The position numbers and the translations under genes are program-made. Shown in pieces: positions 37,100 through 50,022 of a stretch of DNA of 64,000 nucleotides. This stretch comes from Chara braunii (lineage: Eukaryota > Plantae > Charophyceae): positions 6,283,528 to 6,347,527 of the forward strand of contig BFEA01000015.1 of NCBI GenBank assembly GCA_003427395.1. The letters are read 5' to 3'. A model generated the notes under the pieces. It ran no database searches. It was given only the letters and a program-made list of their open reading frames with translations, and was not told where the DNA came from. Numbering within the stretch: position 1 is the first letter of the stretch; each line of letters starts with the position of its first letter.

Positions 37100-38734
37100 T
37101 CTGTTTTGGAGACGTGATCCGCGTGTTGGTTAAGTTCGCGCGGAATCCAAATAGGGTTGAGAACAGTATCGCAGAAAATGAGTATTGATGCAATATCTCG
37201 GAGTCAGGGATTCAATAGTGGATCAGGGGAGCGCATGTTAGCAAAGAGAAAGGAGGCGGTCTGACTGTCTAGGTGGAGTCTAATTGATGTGGATAGTAGG
37301 AGGTTCTTATGATTGTTAAAGAGAAGGTGAAAATTTGAAGAACTGCAAATAATTCCCGGTGTGTGGAGGAGGAGTCAAAAAGATAGTGGGGAGACATTTG
37401 TTGAAAATGATTTCCTTATTAAGAGTTGAAATTAATGTTGCAATTTGCATGAAAGATGCATCTGTTGCGATAGTTATAGTTTTTTTTCTGATTGTTCAAA
37501 GGCGTCCTGGAAGAGAAGGGAGGTGATGGAGCCACCATGATAAGTCAAGGAGAAGGTCATTAGAGGCAGAGATGATTGAGGCTCAGTTTGCAGGTGAAAT
37601 AGAATCGTAAAGGGAAGACAAGAAGAGGGGGGCGCAGATAAAGGCTTTTGAAAGGGCTGCTAATTTTCCTGCTAACTTTACGAAGGATCTGTTAGATACT
37701 GGAGATGTGGAGACTTGATTGATGAGATCAATAATCTTTAGGGCCTTGTCTTTAGGAACCTTTATTCTCTTGTTGTGAGAGTCTAAAATAAAACCAAAAG
37801 ACTTAAATAGATTTAGTGGGTAGAAAAAAACATTTGTTGATGCTGAGGGAAAAAACTAAATTGTGAAGAAGGGTGATGTAGTTGAAGGTTTGTCAGATGA
37901 GGGAGTAGACAAAGGAATTTGCTAAGGCGGAGTCGTCTATGTATGAGAAAATAAGTACTTTACGCATTCAGAGTTCCGTAATGATTTCCTGCATAACTGT
38001 AGTGAAGATCCAGCATGCGGATGAGACCCCGGAATAGAAAGTATTGAAGTGGTAATTGGTTCCTTTCCAATTCTAAACGCAAAAAAAAGGCGGTGATCCG
38101 ATAGAATGGGGATGTGGTAATGACCATTTTTTATGTCGAAGCAAGTAAGAAAGTCTTGCGAAGAAGAACCCGAGAGGGAAGAGAGAAAGTAATCAAAAGA
38201 TTCGTAGTGAAAATGAGGAAAGGAAAGAAAATGATTTACGAATCTAACATCTAGAATAAATTTTATCTTTGACGAGTTTTCAATAGCAAACACAGGGTTG
38301 GTTACTATTGGGAAGGGAGATTGTTCTATAACTTTGGATTGTAAAAATTGGGAAACCGAGGAAGAGATGAAGTCTTGATGAGGAAAAATGTTATGATTCG
38401 GAATGATGATTTTCGAATGAGAGGCAGAGTAAACTCCTTTGAGCATGTGACAAACTTTTATTTTCTTTGTGGTGGAAATGCGATTAGTGCCTACAAAGTT
38501 GAGTCTGACACCGTGCTTGATGCACTGCAAAACTGAGTGAGAGAAACATCCGGAGGAGGAGGAAAGAAGGAGATTCCAGTTGGAGAAGGAGGAAATGGTG
38601 GATGCTGCGAAGCAGTGGTCTTGTGACCTTCGCCATACCAAAGATCGCTTTGCGGAGGTCAGTGATTGATGGAGGTTTGGAAAGATTTCGAAGAATCTGA
38701 GGGACTGGAGGTACGGTGAAGGGGAGGCAAGCAC
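37100..38734 (-). pseudogene. DIRS-type reverse transcriptase + RNase H
   Basis: RT motifs KFILDVRFVNHFL, FDIKNGHYHIPI and (frameshifted) SYIDDS at ~37933-37944. RNase H motifs IATDAS, SSTHRELFA, LHLDSQ and WIPRELNQHADHVS. Confidence 0.85.
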
Positions 38735-39650
38735 TAAGAGGCTGCGTTGAAGTCATCCTTGTTGTAAGAGTCCGTCTTTGAGCTGTCGGTATCGAATTTG
38801 AATTTTTTTGTTGCTCTGATGTAATCGTAACCCTTGTAGTCTTCGTCTTGATGCTTGTGAGAGGTGGAACGTCTGTCTTTAGATTTGGAGTGATCGCCCT
38901 TCTTTTGGTATGTTGATTTGCTTTCAGAATCCCCCCGATTTGCGCTGCAAGGTGAGAGGAAGATAAGTGAGAATGCCCTTAACGCAAATGGTGTGGACTT
39001 TTTAGGCGGTTCAGGGCGAGTAGTTAAAGTCATTGGGCACTGCCCTAGCTTACCTGACTTCCATCTGACGAGTTTGATTAAGGCAGTAGTTGAATTCCGC
39101 TTCGATGAGTGGTAGTGCCTCCTCCATTCCTTCTCTAACGGCCTTGCTTAGTAGCATCTTGGTTTCCTTGGGAATGCATTTTTCCATGAAATCCTTCGCT
39201 ATGGAGACGACACGAGACACAAAGTCGAGGGCAAAGGTTTTTTCATAGGGGTAACAGGAGTAGTTAAGGTCGACAACTTTGAATCTGATGAGGGATAGGA
39301 TTTGCCAAAGATAGCATGGGCTGAAAAAGAGTTTTTCCCATGCTTTGAGCTCGTAGAATGAGGAGGGGGCCTTATGAAGCATCTTCGGGGAGATTTCATG
39401 CATATCAAAGGTTATGTTGGAATAAAGTTCATTAAGGGTTTGATTCTCCTCCTCCCTTTTGAGAATCTCATTGTGACGGGTTTCAAATTTTTGGATGAGC
39501 TGGGTCCGGGGTTGATAAAAAAAGTGTCATCAAGTCTAATGCAGAGGAAGAGGAAGAAGAGTGCTGACAATTGGTGAGGTTCGAAGATGGGTTGGAGTAC
39601 ATGAGGCGAGGGGGAGGGGGTGGAGGGGGAGGTGGAGGTGGTAGGAGTTT
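38734..39650 (-). pseudogene. gag-like ORF of the YR retroelement
   Basis: Frameshifted ORFs 39050-39403 and 38734-39033 lie immediately upstream of RT; the assignment is positional only. Confidence 0.4.
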
Positions 39651-40707
39651 GAGGCCTGATATGTGGACCTTATGGGTTTGTGATGATTCCTTTGCCTATA
39701 CGACAAAAATAAGTTCTTCTATTTGGTCTTGAGGATTGAGGCATGAAACGATCTTGGTCGAGGAAAAGACGAAAGGTGGAACCGGAGAGATAGCTAGTAC
39801 GTCAGCACCGATAAAGGTTTGCGGTCCATTGGCGGAGATGACATGAGCTATCTGGTAGACATAAGATGACATTAAAGTTATCGTTAATGGTTGCGGTGAT
39901 AATGAATCGTTAGAGATGTAGGGTGGTTCCATGTATTTAAGAAAAACTAAAGAGTGTCATCATCGAAGAGTTAAAGGAATGTGGAAAGTAGGAGACAATA
40001 AAGATAAGAACCGCAAAGGAAAATCCAATTATGAGTAGTATTAGGACCGCTATGATTCCCATGGGAAAACACTGAGTGAGAAGAGGATTGAGTAGGAAGG
40101 TGTGAAAAAGGCGTAGGGTGAGGGAAAAAAGAATAAGCACAAGTTTGAGTAGGAAACTTTCAATAAATGAGGTATCCATTGAATTCCTGCAAACAAGGAA
40201 GGACATTCAAATACCATTTAAAGATAAATGATTGACTGATTTAAGGAAAATAAAAGGAGAAGGGGATGGTTGGGTTTTGCCATTAATCCTCTTTTTTTTT
40301 TTTTTTTTTTTTTTAATTATCAGTTTGAGTTTTTTATGGTTGTGCAAACTCATCCTTTATGAGAGTTTTCCTTCTTCACTCCTATTTTGAGTTTTTTTTT
40401 TTTTTTTAAGATAGATAATAATTGACTTGAGTAATATGTTCTTCCTCATTCTTTTGATTATTTTTTTTTTTCCCTCTTTCTCTGCATTTTTTTTTTTTTT
40501 TTTTTTTTTTTCTTTGAAAATTAATTAGAGTTGTTTTGTAAGGATAGTTTTCAGGATGGTAAGATGGTATGCGATGGGGTTATGGACAAGGTGTAAGTTT
40601 CTTGTTAAATGAGTGTTGGTCGTCCCTTTTTTTTTTTTTTAATACGGAAAGTGAGATTGATGAGCGATGTTTTTTAAATAATGATATTTGTTCTTCTCCT
40701 TTCTCCC

Positions 40708-40740
<33 letters not shown>

Positions 40741-41219
40741 GAGTAAAAGGAGATGAGCGGAGGTAGTGGTTGCAGAAGAAGAAGGAACGGGTGCACTGGT
40801 CTATTTTATGCATGGAATCGTTTCCTTTTTTTTTTTTTTTATTAATAATTGTTGTTAGCTTTATTACCTCATTATTAGTACTGTATGCATCCGCCCCATC
40901 GCTTTAACACTTCTTTCTTTTGTCTTTCTACCTTCCTACTTCCTCCCCTTTCCTTTCCTTTTTCCCTTTTTCCCTTCTTCTGTCTTTCTACCTTCCTACT
41001 TCCTCCCCTTTCCTTCCCTTCTTTCTTTCTTCTGTTTTTTTTTTTACAGGAAAGCAACATCGTTCGGAGGAGCCAAAATAAATATCAATAGCTTAATACG
41101 TCTAGCGAAGTGAAGGTCGTTCTTCCAATAGGTTGAGATGAATAATTATTCATTAAAGTGGTGAACAAACGTGAAAAAGCTGAACTAGGCAGAAGTGGTA
41201 AATGGGGAGGTAAATTAAA

Positions 41220-43400
41220 AGAAATCAATTGATTGATTGACAGGTCGGACAATTGGTTGATGACTCGGTTTATGTTGCGAAATAGTGATCAATCAATCGA
41301 TTGGCCGACCAAAGGATCAAAAGATTTGAAGCTAATGTTAAATGCATTGTAGGGCCGATCAATCAAATAGTTGACTAGACAATGGTTACAGAAAGTAGCT
41401 GGTCGGACGTCGTCATGTGTGTGTAGAATGTGGTATGTCTTACTGAGTGAGAGGTCAGGTGGAAGTTCGACTACTGTCGAAAGCAGCTTGTTGAACATGA
41501 TATTCTGTAGAAGCACTTCCACAAAGACTGATAGACGTGAGAGTACATAATAAGGTGGGGACGAAGGGATAGACTTGTAGTTTTGTTGATCAAATGGTTC
41601 AACTTGATTAATCGATTGATCGAGTATTAAATGATGTAAATGATCAACTATCGATTACTTAGTGGAACGATTAATTGATTGATTGACTGTTAATCGATTG
41701 ATCGACTATTTAGATGATTGTTCGGTGTATTAATTGAGTGATTAGCCACTTAGTCGATTGATTAACGGATTAATCGATTGATTGGCCGATTGACTGATTA
41801 ATGGGTTGATCGGTCGATCGTTTGATTAATTGATTAATCGGACGATCGTTTAATCGATTGATCGGTCGATCTAACATTAGATGCATTGTAGGGTTGATCA
41901 ATCAAATGGTTGACTAAACAATGGTTACATGAAGTTGTTGGCCGGACGTCGTTATAAAATGTTATAATGAGGTATGCCTGAGTGAAAGGTCAAGTGGAAG
42001 TTCGACAATTGCCATACGCGGCTTGTTTAGCATGATATTCTACAAAAATATTTGCACCAAGACTGAGAGTACATCATAAGGTGGGAAAAAATGGATAGAC
42101 TTGTAGTTTTGCTCATCAAATGGTTTGATGAGTTAATCAACCTGATTAGTCGATTGATCGATTATCAATTGCTGTAATGATCGACTATCAATTCATTAGT
42201 GAAACGATTAATTGATTTATTGATTGTTAATCGATTGATCGGCTAATTAGACGATTGTTCTGTATATTAATTGATTGATTAGTCGATTAGTCGATTGATT
42301 GACCGATAATCGATTGATTGGTTGATCGACTGATTAATGGGTTGATCAGTCGATCGACCGGTTAATCTATTGATCGGTCGATCAATTGATGAATCGGTTG
42401 AGCGGTCGATCGTCTGATCAATCGATTGATCGACGTCTAAGTTTATTAGTCGATTGGTCGAGCGATTAAATGACTGATCAGTATATAAATCGACTAATCG
42501 ATTGATTGGTCGATAATCGAATAAGTGGTCGACTAAAGGTCAGGTGGATGTTCAATGTTTGTCGGAAGCCACTTGTTGAACATTATATTATGTTAGAATA
42601 CTTGCGCAAAGACTGATAGATGATGGGGTACATTATTGAAGTGCCTTAGCGTGGGGAAAAAAAGATAAGTTGATCTGCAAAATAATCGATTGATCGATTA
42701 TCAGTTGAGCGGATAATCAATTAATATTCGATTGATCGATTGATTGAAGGGTCGATTAATCGATTGCTCGACCGGTAAAATTATCGATCAACCGATTAAT
42801 CGATTAATCGGCCAAATAATCAATTGATCGGCTGATCAATCGATTGGTTGGTCAAATAATCGACTAATAAGTTGATCGTCCGATAGTCGATTGTTCATTT
42901 GTCTTGAGGTCGGGTAAATCTTTGATGCTTGCGGAACCTGATATTCTGAAGAAAAATTTGCGCAAAGACAAATAGATGAGAGAGTTCATCATTGAAGTGT
43001 CTAGGGATAAGGAATAAAGAATACTCTTACAATTTTCTTGGTCAAAAGTTTAATGAGTTGATCTGCTGATTGTTTGATTTAGACGGTAGGTTGACGATTT
43101 AACAAATTGAGTGAATAATTGCCCATTGAGAGTGTTGGAGGATTGATCGTCTGTCGGTGATTGGTATACCTACCCACTCCTTTTCGGTGTACGGATTGGG
43201 CTAAATTGATGAATATGGTTGAAAGAGTGAGTGATATGATGATTACATAGATGATTGTTGAATTGATTAATCGTGCAAAAGATTGCGAATAATCAATTAA
43301 CAGAGTGTAAATGGTATGAGTGAGTTGATTTAATCAGAGGTCACAAGACGGTCGCCCGGTTGACGAAAAAGTTGATTGATGATAAATTTGTAGTCATAAG
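41220..43400. repeat. GATC/ATCGAT/TTAA-rich array with ~540-bp higher-order units
   Basis: ATGCATTGTAGGG...AGGTCAGGTGGAAGTTCGAC at ~41342 and ~41881, with partial cores at ~42535 and ~42905. The intervening DNA is 4-bp periodic (GATT/GATC/AATC). Confidence 0.9.
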
Positions 43401-43815
43401 TAATCATCCTCATGATTTCTCTTATCATTCCCCCCTTTTTTTGTTTTGTTTGTTTTGTTTGTTTGTTTGTTTGTTTGTTTGTTTTTTTTGTTTTTTTTTT
43501 TGTTTTGTTTTTTTTTTTACGAGTACGATCGATTGATGTTACTCAAGATTGTCTGCCATACAAATTTATTCTATTGAGAATTTTCAGAATTATTGCCAGG
43601 CGTTATGTAAAGTTTTGAAAGTACATGGATTGTCGTGCAGAAGCGAAATAAAATGAAATATATATACTTTTTTTAAAAATATATTTTATAGGGGGTTTTG
43701 ATCAGTACTTCTGAATACAAAGCCGCCTATGTGGGTGCAAGTTCGGTGACAACTGAACTTGTCTTTCCTTTTTTTTTTTTTTTTTTTTTTCGACTGCCAG
43801 ACAAATTTTTGAGAA

Positions 43816-44133
43816 NNNNNNNNNNNNNNNNNNNNNNNNNNNNNNNNNNNNNNNNNNNNNNNNNNNNNNNNNNNNNNNNNNNNNNNNNNNNNNNNNNNNN
43901 NNNNNNNNNNNNNNNNNNNNNNNNNNNNNNNNNNNNNNNNNNNNNNNNNNNNNNNNNNNNNNNNNNNNNNNNNNNNNNNNNNNNNNNNNNNNNNNNNNNN
44001 NNNNNNNNNNNNNNNNNNNNNNNNNNNNNNNNNNNNNNNNNNNNNNNNNNNNNNNNNNNNNNNNNNNNNNNNNNNNNNNNNNNNNNNNNNNNNNNNNNNN
44101 NNNNNNNNNNNNNNNNNNNNNNNNNNNNNNNNN
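43816..44133. other. Assembly gap (N run)
   Basis: Run of N. Confidence 1.
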
Positions 44134-44586
44134 ACTTGTAAGACTTGCTTAAAGGAAAACGGTTGGGGTGAGTGGTGAGGAGTCTGATTTGAGCAAGTCA
44201 TAAATATAGAGATACTGCTTTTATGAGGTGATATGGATACGTGGTTGCGTGCTTAAAACTTCATCGTTGATTATTGGGATATTTATGAGGTTGGTTGTCG
44301 TTAAATCAACCAGATAGATAATCAGTTGGTCTAAGGTACTCCTACCTGTTGAGTAACCGGTTGATCAGATGAACGTAAAGTATGAGAATGTCTATTTCTG
44401 AAATGCAATGGATAAAGGCAAAGGGAGAAGGGAAGAATAAGCGGATCAATTCAAGTGGCGGGTTGGTTTAATCTTTACGAAGTGGTTAGTCAATCAGATG
44501 AGCAACGTCGTTTATCTTGATTGAGTAACCGATTGGTTTGACTGGTACGAAATCAAGTTTACAAATGACCGATTTTTATTTTTCCG

Positions 44587-44646
<60 letters not shown>

Positions 44647-45711
44647 CTTTTTTTTTTTTTTTAAGCAACGGATTAGGGGTTTGGAAGGGGAAGAGAAATA
44701 TTGATAAGTGGAAAGGAGATAAGGAAAAAATTAAACATGAAATCTTGCAAGGTTTGCAAATTTTTTTTTTTTTTTTTTTTTTTAATGCCCCCCTTAACTG
44801 GGAAAATACTATTGCTCTTTGAATGGCGATTTGGAGTGATGTGGTTGGTTTGATCTTTACCAGTCAGTTAATCAATCAGTTGATAAAGTAGTCGATCTTG
44901 ATTGAGTAACCGCTTGATGAGGTTGGTGTGAACTCAAGTTTGGAATAACTAATTTTTATCTGACTTTTTTCACTCTCCTTTTGTTTTTTGTTTTTTTTAA
45001 TGGGTTAGGGACCTTAGAAAAAGAGGGGAATATTGAAAACCCAAAAGAAGAGAAGTGAAAGATTAGGAATGAAATGAAAATAAATCCTTTTCTATATTCA
45101 CAATTCTAATGTCTTCCTTAATACTGCCACATCCTTGGATTGCTGACTTTTCTCCTTCACTACATTCGTCGATGTTTCCCCCTACTTGCTCTTCTTCTCC
45201 CCGGCTGCTTCCCCTCCCCCCCCCTTTTTTTTATTGTTTTAATCAGAACTTAGCCATGCATTAGTAAAATCTTTGACACTCCTTTCTACTTATTACAGAG
45301 AGTAATGGAAAAACAGCAGCGAACGATTAATCACTGACATCGTACCCTTCTTATTACACCCTTCTTTGACTCCACCCCTCTTCCTGACCTTCTGCTTTTC
45401 TTCTCCCATTTTTTTCCCTCCCAAATTAGGCTTGGCCATCCATTTAACATTCCACACCTCGTGTCCTTCTGATATTATAAGGCATAATGACGAAGGATAA
45501 GCAACGAGTCTAACTATACTGACATCGACCCTATTAGCTTCATTAATCAGTAAGCTAGTAATGCTTCTTACTTGGGTTTTGGGGAAGGAAGGGGGTGGGA
45601 GGAGGCGAGCGAAAGTAAAGGAGAAAATAGATAAAGAGGACAAGTAAGAAGAGGCAGATTATGCAAAAGAGAAAAATGTAATCCAGTCCCTTAAATATGC
45701 GAGGCCTTCTC

Positions 45712-46988
45712 CTAGCTCTTGGAGCTTTCCGGATGGGGGGGTTCAAAGTCACGGTAGAGGGGGATGAGATTTGTTTGGGAGACTGGTGAGGTTGGAAAAT
45801 TATGAGGAGCTGCTGGACAGGGCTTGACTGATTGGGAGAGTGGGGGTCTGATTTGGAGGCATAATCCGAAGCTCTTCGGTAAGTTCTTCTTCTTCTGGGA
45901 AGGGGATCTTAACCCTTCCTTCTCTGCGGCATCCTGGTTGTCGTGATCGATGAAATAAAAGATGTGAGCTGCTTCGTGGAGTTTCAAAATGAGGTGCGGA
46001 AATGCAGGCTGCGACGGATAGGAGACTTTTCTCGGAAAATCCGATGCTGATTGATACCTGGTTTGATTCCCGCACGCTTGATCTGTGAGCAAACTGAATC
46101 AGGGTCTTGATCCAGATTGAATAAGCCGATGAAGAAGAAGGTGGGAGGTGTCTCCCTTGATGAGTTGTTTGAAGAAGCTTTTGAAGAAGCAGGCGAGAGA
46201 AAATATGAAACCTGGTAGCCTTCCAAGTGAAGGGAGATTCTCTACTATGCTGAGAAGGCCGACGTTAAACCAAAACTTGGAGGAGTCGTCTCTTGCAGAA
46301 GCCAAGCAAAGTGAGAAATAGTAGAAGGGGCTGCGCAGATCGTGCGCATGCTGCTCCTTGAAGTTAGCCAACTCGTCGCTTGTCGTGACCTGCTTCTGAG
46401 GTGAGAGCGAATCTAGACTGCCAAAGATCATTATGAGAGAAGAAGTTTAGAGTAGGAGTGAGAGAGGAGCTGCATAGCTTGATCCCATGTGATGAAGAAG
46501 AAAGACTGAGCACCATTTTGGAAAGTGAAAAAGGCAGCTTCTTCTGCGAATTCGAGTAAAGCGGAGATCACAAGGTTGGATCCATACCTTCCTTCAACGA
46601 AGGTTGATTGCAAAGAAGTTACGGTGTCTGGGAAGATGAAAGGGAGGTGGGAAAAGTGAAGAGGGAGAAGCGAGGCCGAGGGAAGATCATGGACAAAAAT
46701 AAACTGGATATTTTCGTTGATGGTTATTGGTGGTGAAGTTATGGAAGATCTTAGCGGTGTGATGAGGGAGGAGAATATTGTGGCTCGCTGTCCGTTGGGA
46801 ATGGGTTCTTGAGACTGGATTGTAAGGTTAGAGGGAAAAAATAACAAGAGGAATGAATCAAAAAGTGGTGTGCTGATGGAGGTTAGTGAATGGAAGGACG
46901 AGGATGGAGACGGGGAGGCGGCTGAGATATGTTGTTGGTGGGGATTAGGATTGGTGGCGGGGTTAGGTAGAGGGGGGCACGTCTCCAA
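45712..46988 (-). pseudogene. Additional 5' ORF of the YR element, function unknown (~420 aa)
   Basis: ORFs 46431-46988, 46099-46431 and 45712-46092 join through one frameshift and one stop. They share the strand and C/T-rich bias of the pol region. Confidence 0.4.
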
Positions 46989-47165
46989 TTATGCAAGCAG
47001 ACGGGTTCATGGTGGTGAGGTGAAACTGACTTACCGGGTTGGGGTGGACTGACAGTAAGGACTGACACGAAAGAGCCGCTGACTTATGACTGATTTCGAG
47101 ACACGACGGTGGCAGAGCTATGCTGACTGACGACAGGCGGCCCGAGGGACTGTGACCTGAGAGTC

Positions 47166-47720
47166 CCCTACACCAAAATTTGCGAAGGAGAAATGACTCT
47201 CCTCATACCGGCTGATGAAGTGACTTGTCTTCCTGCTGATTCGCTTATGCACTGACCGATGTTGGAGGGCATACAACGGAAGGAAGATCGAGGGAAATCC
47301 AGCAGATCCAACAAGTCCAACAACCTGTGTCCACTGCTGCGCTGCCGATTACTTATACCGTCGCGGGCAGTGGGAGCAGTGTCGTCCAGGTCAGCGACGT
47401 CCAAATGCACCCCGGGTGAGTTCTGAGGTCCCTTGGTCCCACTCGAATCTCAACCACACAGCTTGCAACCTCTGAAGTCCAACTGCAGGGTCCATGGTCT
47501 TGTTCTTGCCAAAATAGGTTGGGTCCTTCGAAGTTCAACCGTCGATACCATATTTTGTCGAGGGTGTCCAATGCATGTCGTAGAATGTCGTAGATGTTCG
47601 AAATCCAGGGCTGCAAAAAAACGTGCGACTGAGGGAAGCGAGAATGACCCAAAAACTGTTAGTGTGTGCAGATGGTAACAGAGAAGTTGAAAAGGCAACT
47701 GTGTGTAGTTGCAGGACAAG
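47166..47720. repeat. Continuation of the tandem unit interrupted by the YR element
   Basis: Collinear with 34874-35420 (CCGGCTGATGAAGTGA..., CGACGTCCAAATGCACCCCGGGTGAG...). Confidence 0.85.
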
Positions 47721-49229
47721 TCTGTCCATAGCTCAGCCTAACGAGGAGGAAACCAATATGAACCTATTCTTTTGCTTGCGGCCGATGTCGCCACAACCTC
47801 ATGAGAGCGTCAAATTCTTGTTTTTTTTTGTTTTTTTTTTTTGGTGAAATTCTTTCTACCCGGCCACCGCGGGATTTCATTAATCTGTGTGGTAGGGGGG
47901 GCGCCTACCAGGATGGTCCGACTGTGTTCCTGTTAGATTTCCCGCCGTTTCCAACGAGAAAGGTCCTTCCTAAAAATCAATCATCGTAAGGAATAAAAAG
48001 AAACAAATTGAAAAAAATATATTTAGTAGACAACAACCATTCATGAACAACCAACTTAGCATCCAACCAAAACCGTTGAGTACACAGACAAAGACAAAAA
48101 CGAAGAGAAGTAGAAAGAAGAAGAAGACGAAGAAGAAGAAGAAAGAAGAAGGAAAAGAAGAAAGAAGAAACCAGTAAGCACAAAGGGGGGAGAAAATACG
48201 TAGCTAGTTTTTCTAGTCCGGGACCCTTTTTTTGTCCGGGCTATCGGATAACTCACCCGACCGTACACCCAGGTCCGAGTGTTCAATCCCTACATACAAT
48301 TGGGGTTGGGGGGTTGGGTGGGTTGGGCCTGCAGGGGTGGGGTATGGGGTACATACTACACCTGGGAGCCTCAGAGGGAGGGCCGATTTTTTGGAGGTCA
48401 GTAACACCTCCGAAAACAAAGAAGAAAATGACCCGGCCTAAGCTGTCAGATCTTTGAGATTTGCGTCCACATCGAGCCAAATTCAAATTCAAATTCAAAT
48501 TTGGCTGCCATTCCTCGCCCTTCCGCCCCACGCACTTGTTTTTTCTTTTGCCTTTTTATTTTTGAATTCAATCAATTATTGATTGATTTATTGGTTAAAA
48601 AAAAAAGAGTGTGAAATAAAAAAATAATGTCAAGGGCGGCCACCTCCGCCCGCCCCCACCTTCTTCCCTGTTCGCCTCCACCTTCGCGTCCTCCTTCCTT
48701 CGCCTCGCCCCGCTCCTTCCTCCGCCCGCCATAGCCCCAGCCTCCCCGTTGTCAGAGAAGAGACCCTTACAACGGTATCTGCTCAATATTTTGAATGTTT
48801 AACAGCGTGTAATTTTTTTACTTTATGAGGCTAACGCGTTTGCCGGAAAAGTTTATTCAGACACGACCTAGGACTGAAAAGCTAAACTTTTCTTAAAGTT
48901 TGAAACCGGATGTGTGACAACATCCGCAAATGACAGTGGTAACCGCCAGTGCTTCGCTTTTCGTCGAGGCCGCAAAGGCATTGCAGTTATTGCAGTGCAA
49001 AATCTGAACCTATCCTATTTAAAATAATGATGCGCGACTGCTTAGCCGCGCGATTCAGGGTTTAAATAGTCCAAAACTAACGGCCGTTTTGGGTCTGCGA
49101 CCTCGACACGGGGGTTAGAAGCTGCCTAATTTTATTATTTTTAAAAGTTCTTAGACAGGTAGGCCCGCGTGGTTAAATTCCGTAATTGGGGTTTGAAAGT
49201 CAATACTTAATTTACCAGGTTGGGCTCCT

Positions 49230-49520
49230 GTCCAAGCTGTAGGCAAGGTAGCCATTTGTGCAAAGAAATAAGGTCACCGAGCGTTGCCAGGCCACAGACA
49301 GACGGTCATTGGGAGGGGCATCTTCATATAGAAGAGTTGCCCCTACTCTTACCATAGTAGGAGCTAGCCTAGGACTGTCACCCAGCAGGTATTGGTATCA
49401 AAGCTGAACGTGCCACTTGGCTAGCTCCTTTTGATGGAGCAGTCCACAAAACTGGCAATGGGGCCATGGTCGATTCCAATTGCATGATCTGAGGATTAGA
49501 TCATGCGACCTCCAAGATCG
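49230..49520 (-). mobile_element. Diverged SINE-like copy related to 1290-1650
   Basis: Reverse-strand CAAAAGGAGCTAGCC and CTAGGCTAGCTCCTA, plus a decayed B-box (GAGGTCGCATGATCTAATCC). Confidence 0.35.
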
Positions 49521-49534
49521 TTTGTGTAAAGTTA

Positions 49535-49578
49535 AAGATTGGCATGGCCCCTGCGCAAGGATCACACGTATAAATTGA
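49535..49578 (+). pseudogene. U6: U6 snRNA 3'-central fragment
   Basis: AAGATTGGCATGGCCCCTGCGCAAGGATCACACGTATAAATTGA versus U6 AAGAUUAGCAUGGCCCCUGCGCAAGGAUGACACGCAUAAAUCGA (about 4 mismatches); followed by an A-tract. Confidence 0.85.
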
Positions 49579-49679
49579 AAAAAAAAAGAAAAAAAGTTTT
49601 AATTTTCATTCGAATCCTATAGGATTCGAAGTCGGATCACAAGCGGTTATCGGGTAACTTAAAATTTAGGAATAAAAAT

Positions 49680-50022
49680 TCTGAAGTGAGAATTTTGGGC
49701 AGTCAGAAAATCCTGAATGGTCTTGAAGTGGTGAAAGGTCTGAAGACCTTGAAAACCACTTGTTTAGGCAGGGTGCATCCTGAAGTGGTCAAGTGAGAGT
49801 TTTGGGCAGTCTCAAAATTTTGAATCGTCATGAACTGGTGAAAGGTTCGAAAACCATGAAAACCATCCTTCACCACTTGAGGATGTAGCCTGCCTAAACA
49901 GGTGGTTTTCAGGGTCTTCAGAGCTTTCACCACTTGAAGTGGTGAAAGATCCTAAGATCCTGAAAACCACATGTTTAGGCAGGTTGCATCCTGAAGTGGT
50001 GAAGGGTGTCCTGAAGTGGTGA
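49680..50022. repeat. Direct and inverted ~65-bp repeats
   Basis: GAAGTGGTGAAAG...GAAAACCAC.TGTTTAGGCAGG.TGCATCC at ~49725 (+), ~49870-49935 (-) and ~49936 (+). Confidence 0.8.

Larger units (their letters stand above)
35526..47165 (-). mobile_element. DIRS/PAT-type tyrosine-recombinase retrotransposon with inverted YR, ~11.6 kb, inactivated
   Basis: DIRS-type RT-RNaseH-MT on the minus strand and a YR on the plus strand. Boundaries are inferred from the interrupted tandem repeat. Confidence 0.75.

Noticed and set aside
34874-47720. 34874-35420 and 47172-47720 as LTRs or split direct repeats of the YR element
   Set aside because: They are consecutive units of a tandem repeat interrupted by the insertion, and they lack TG..CA ends, PBS and PPT.
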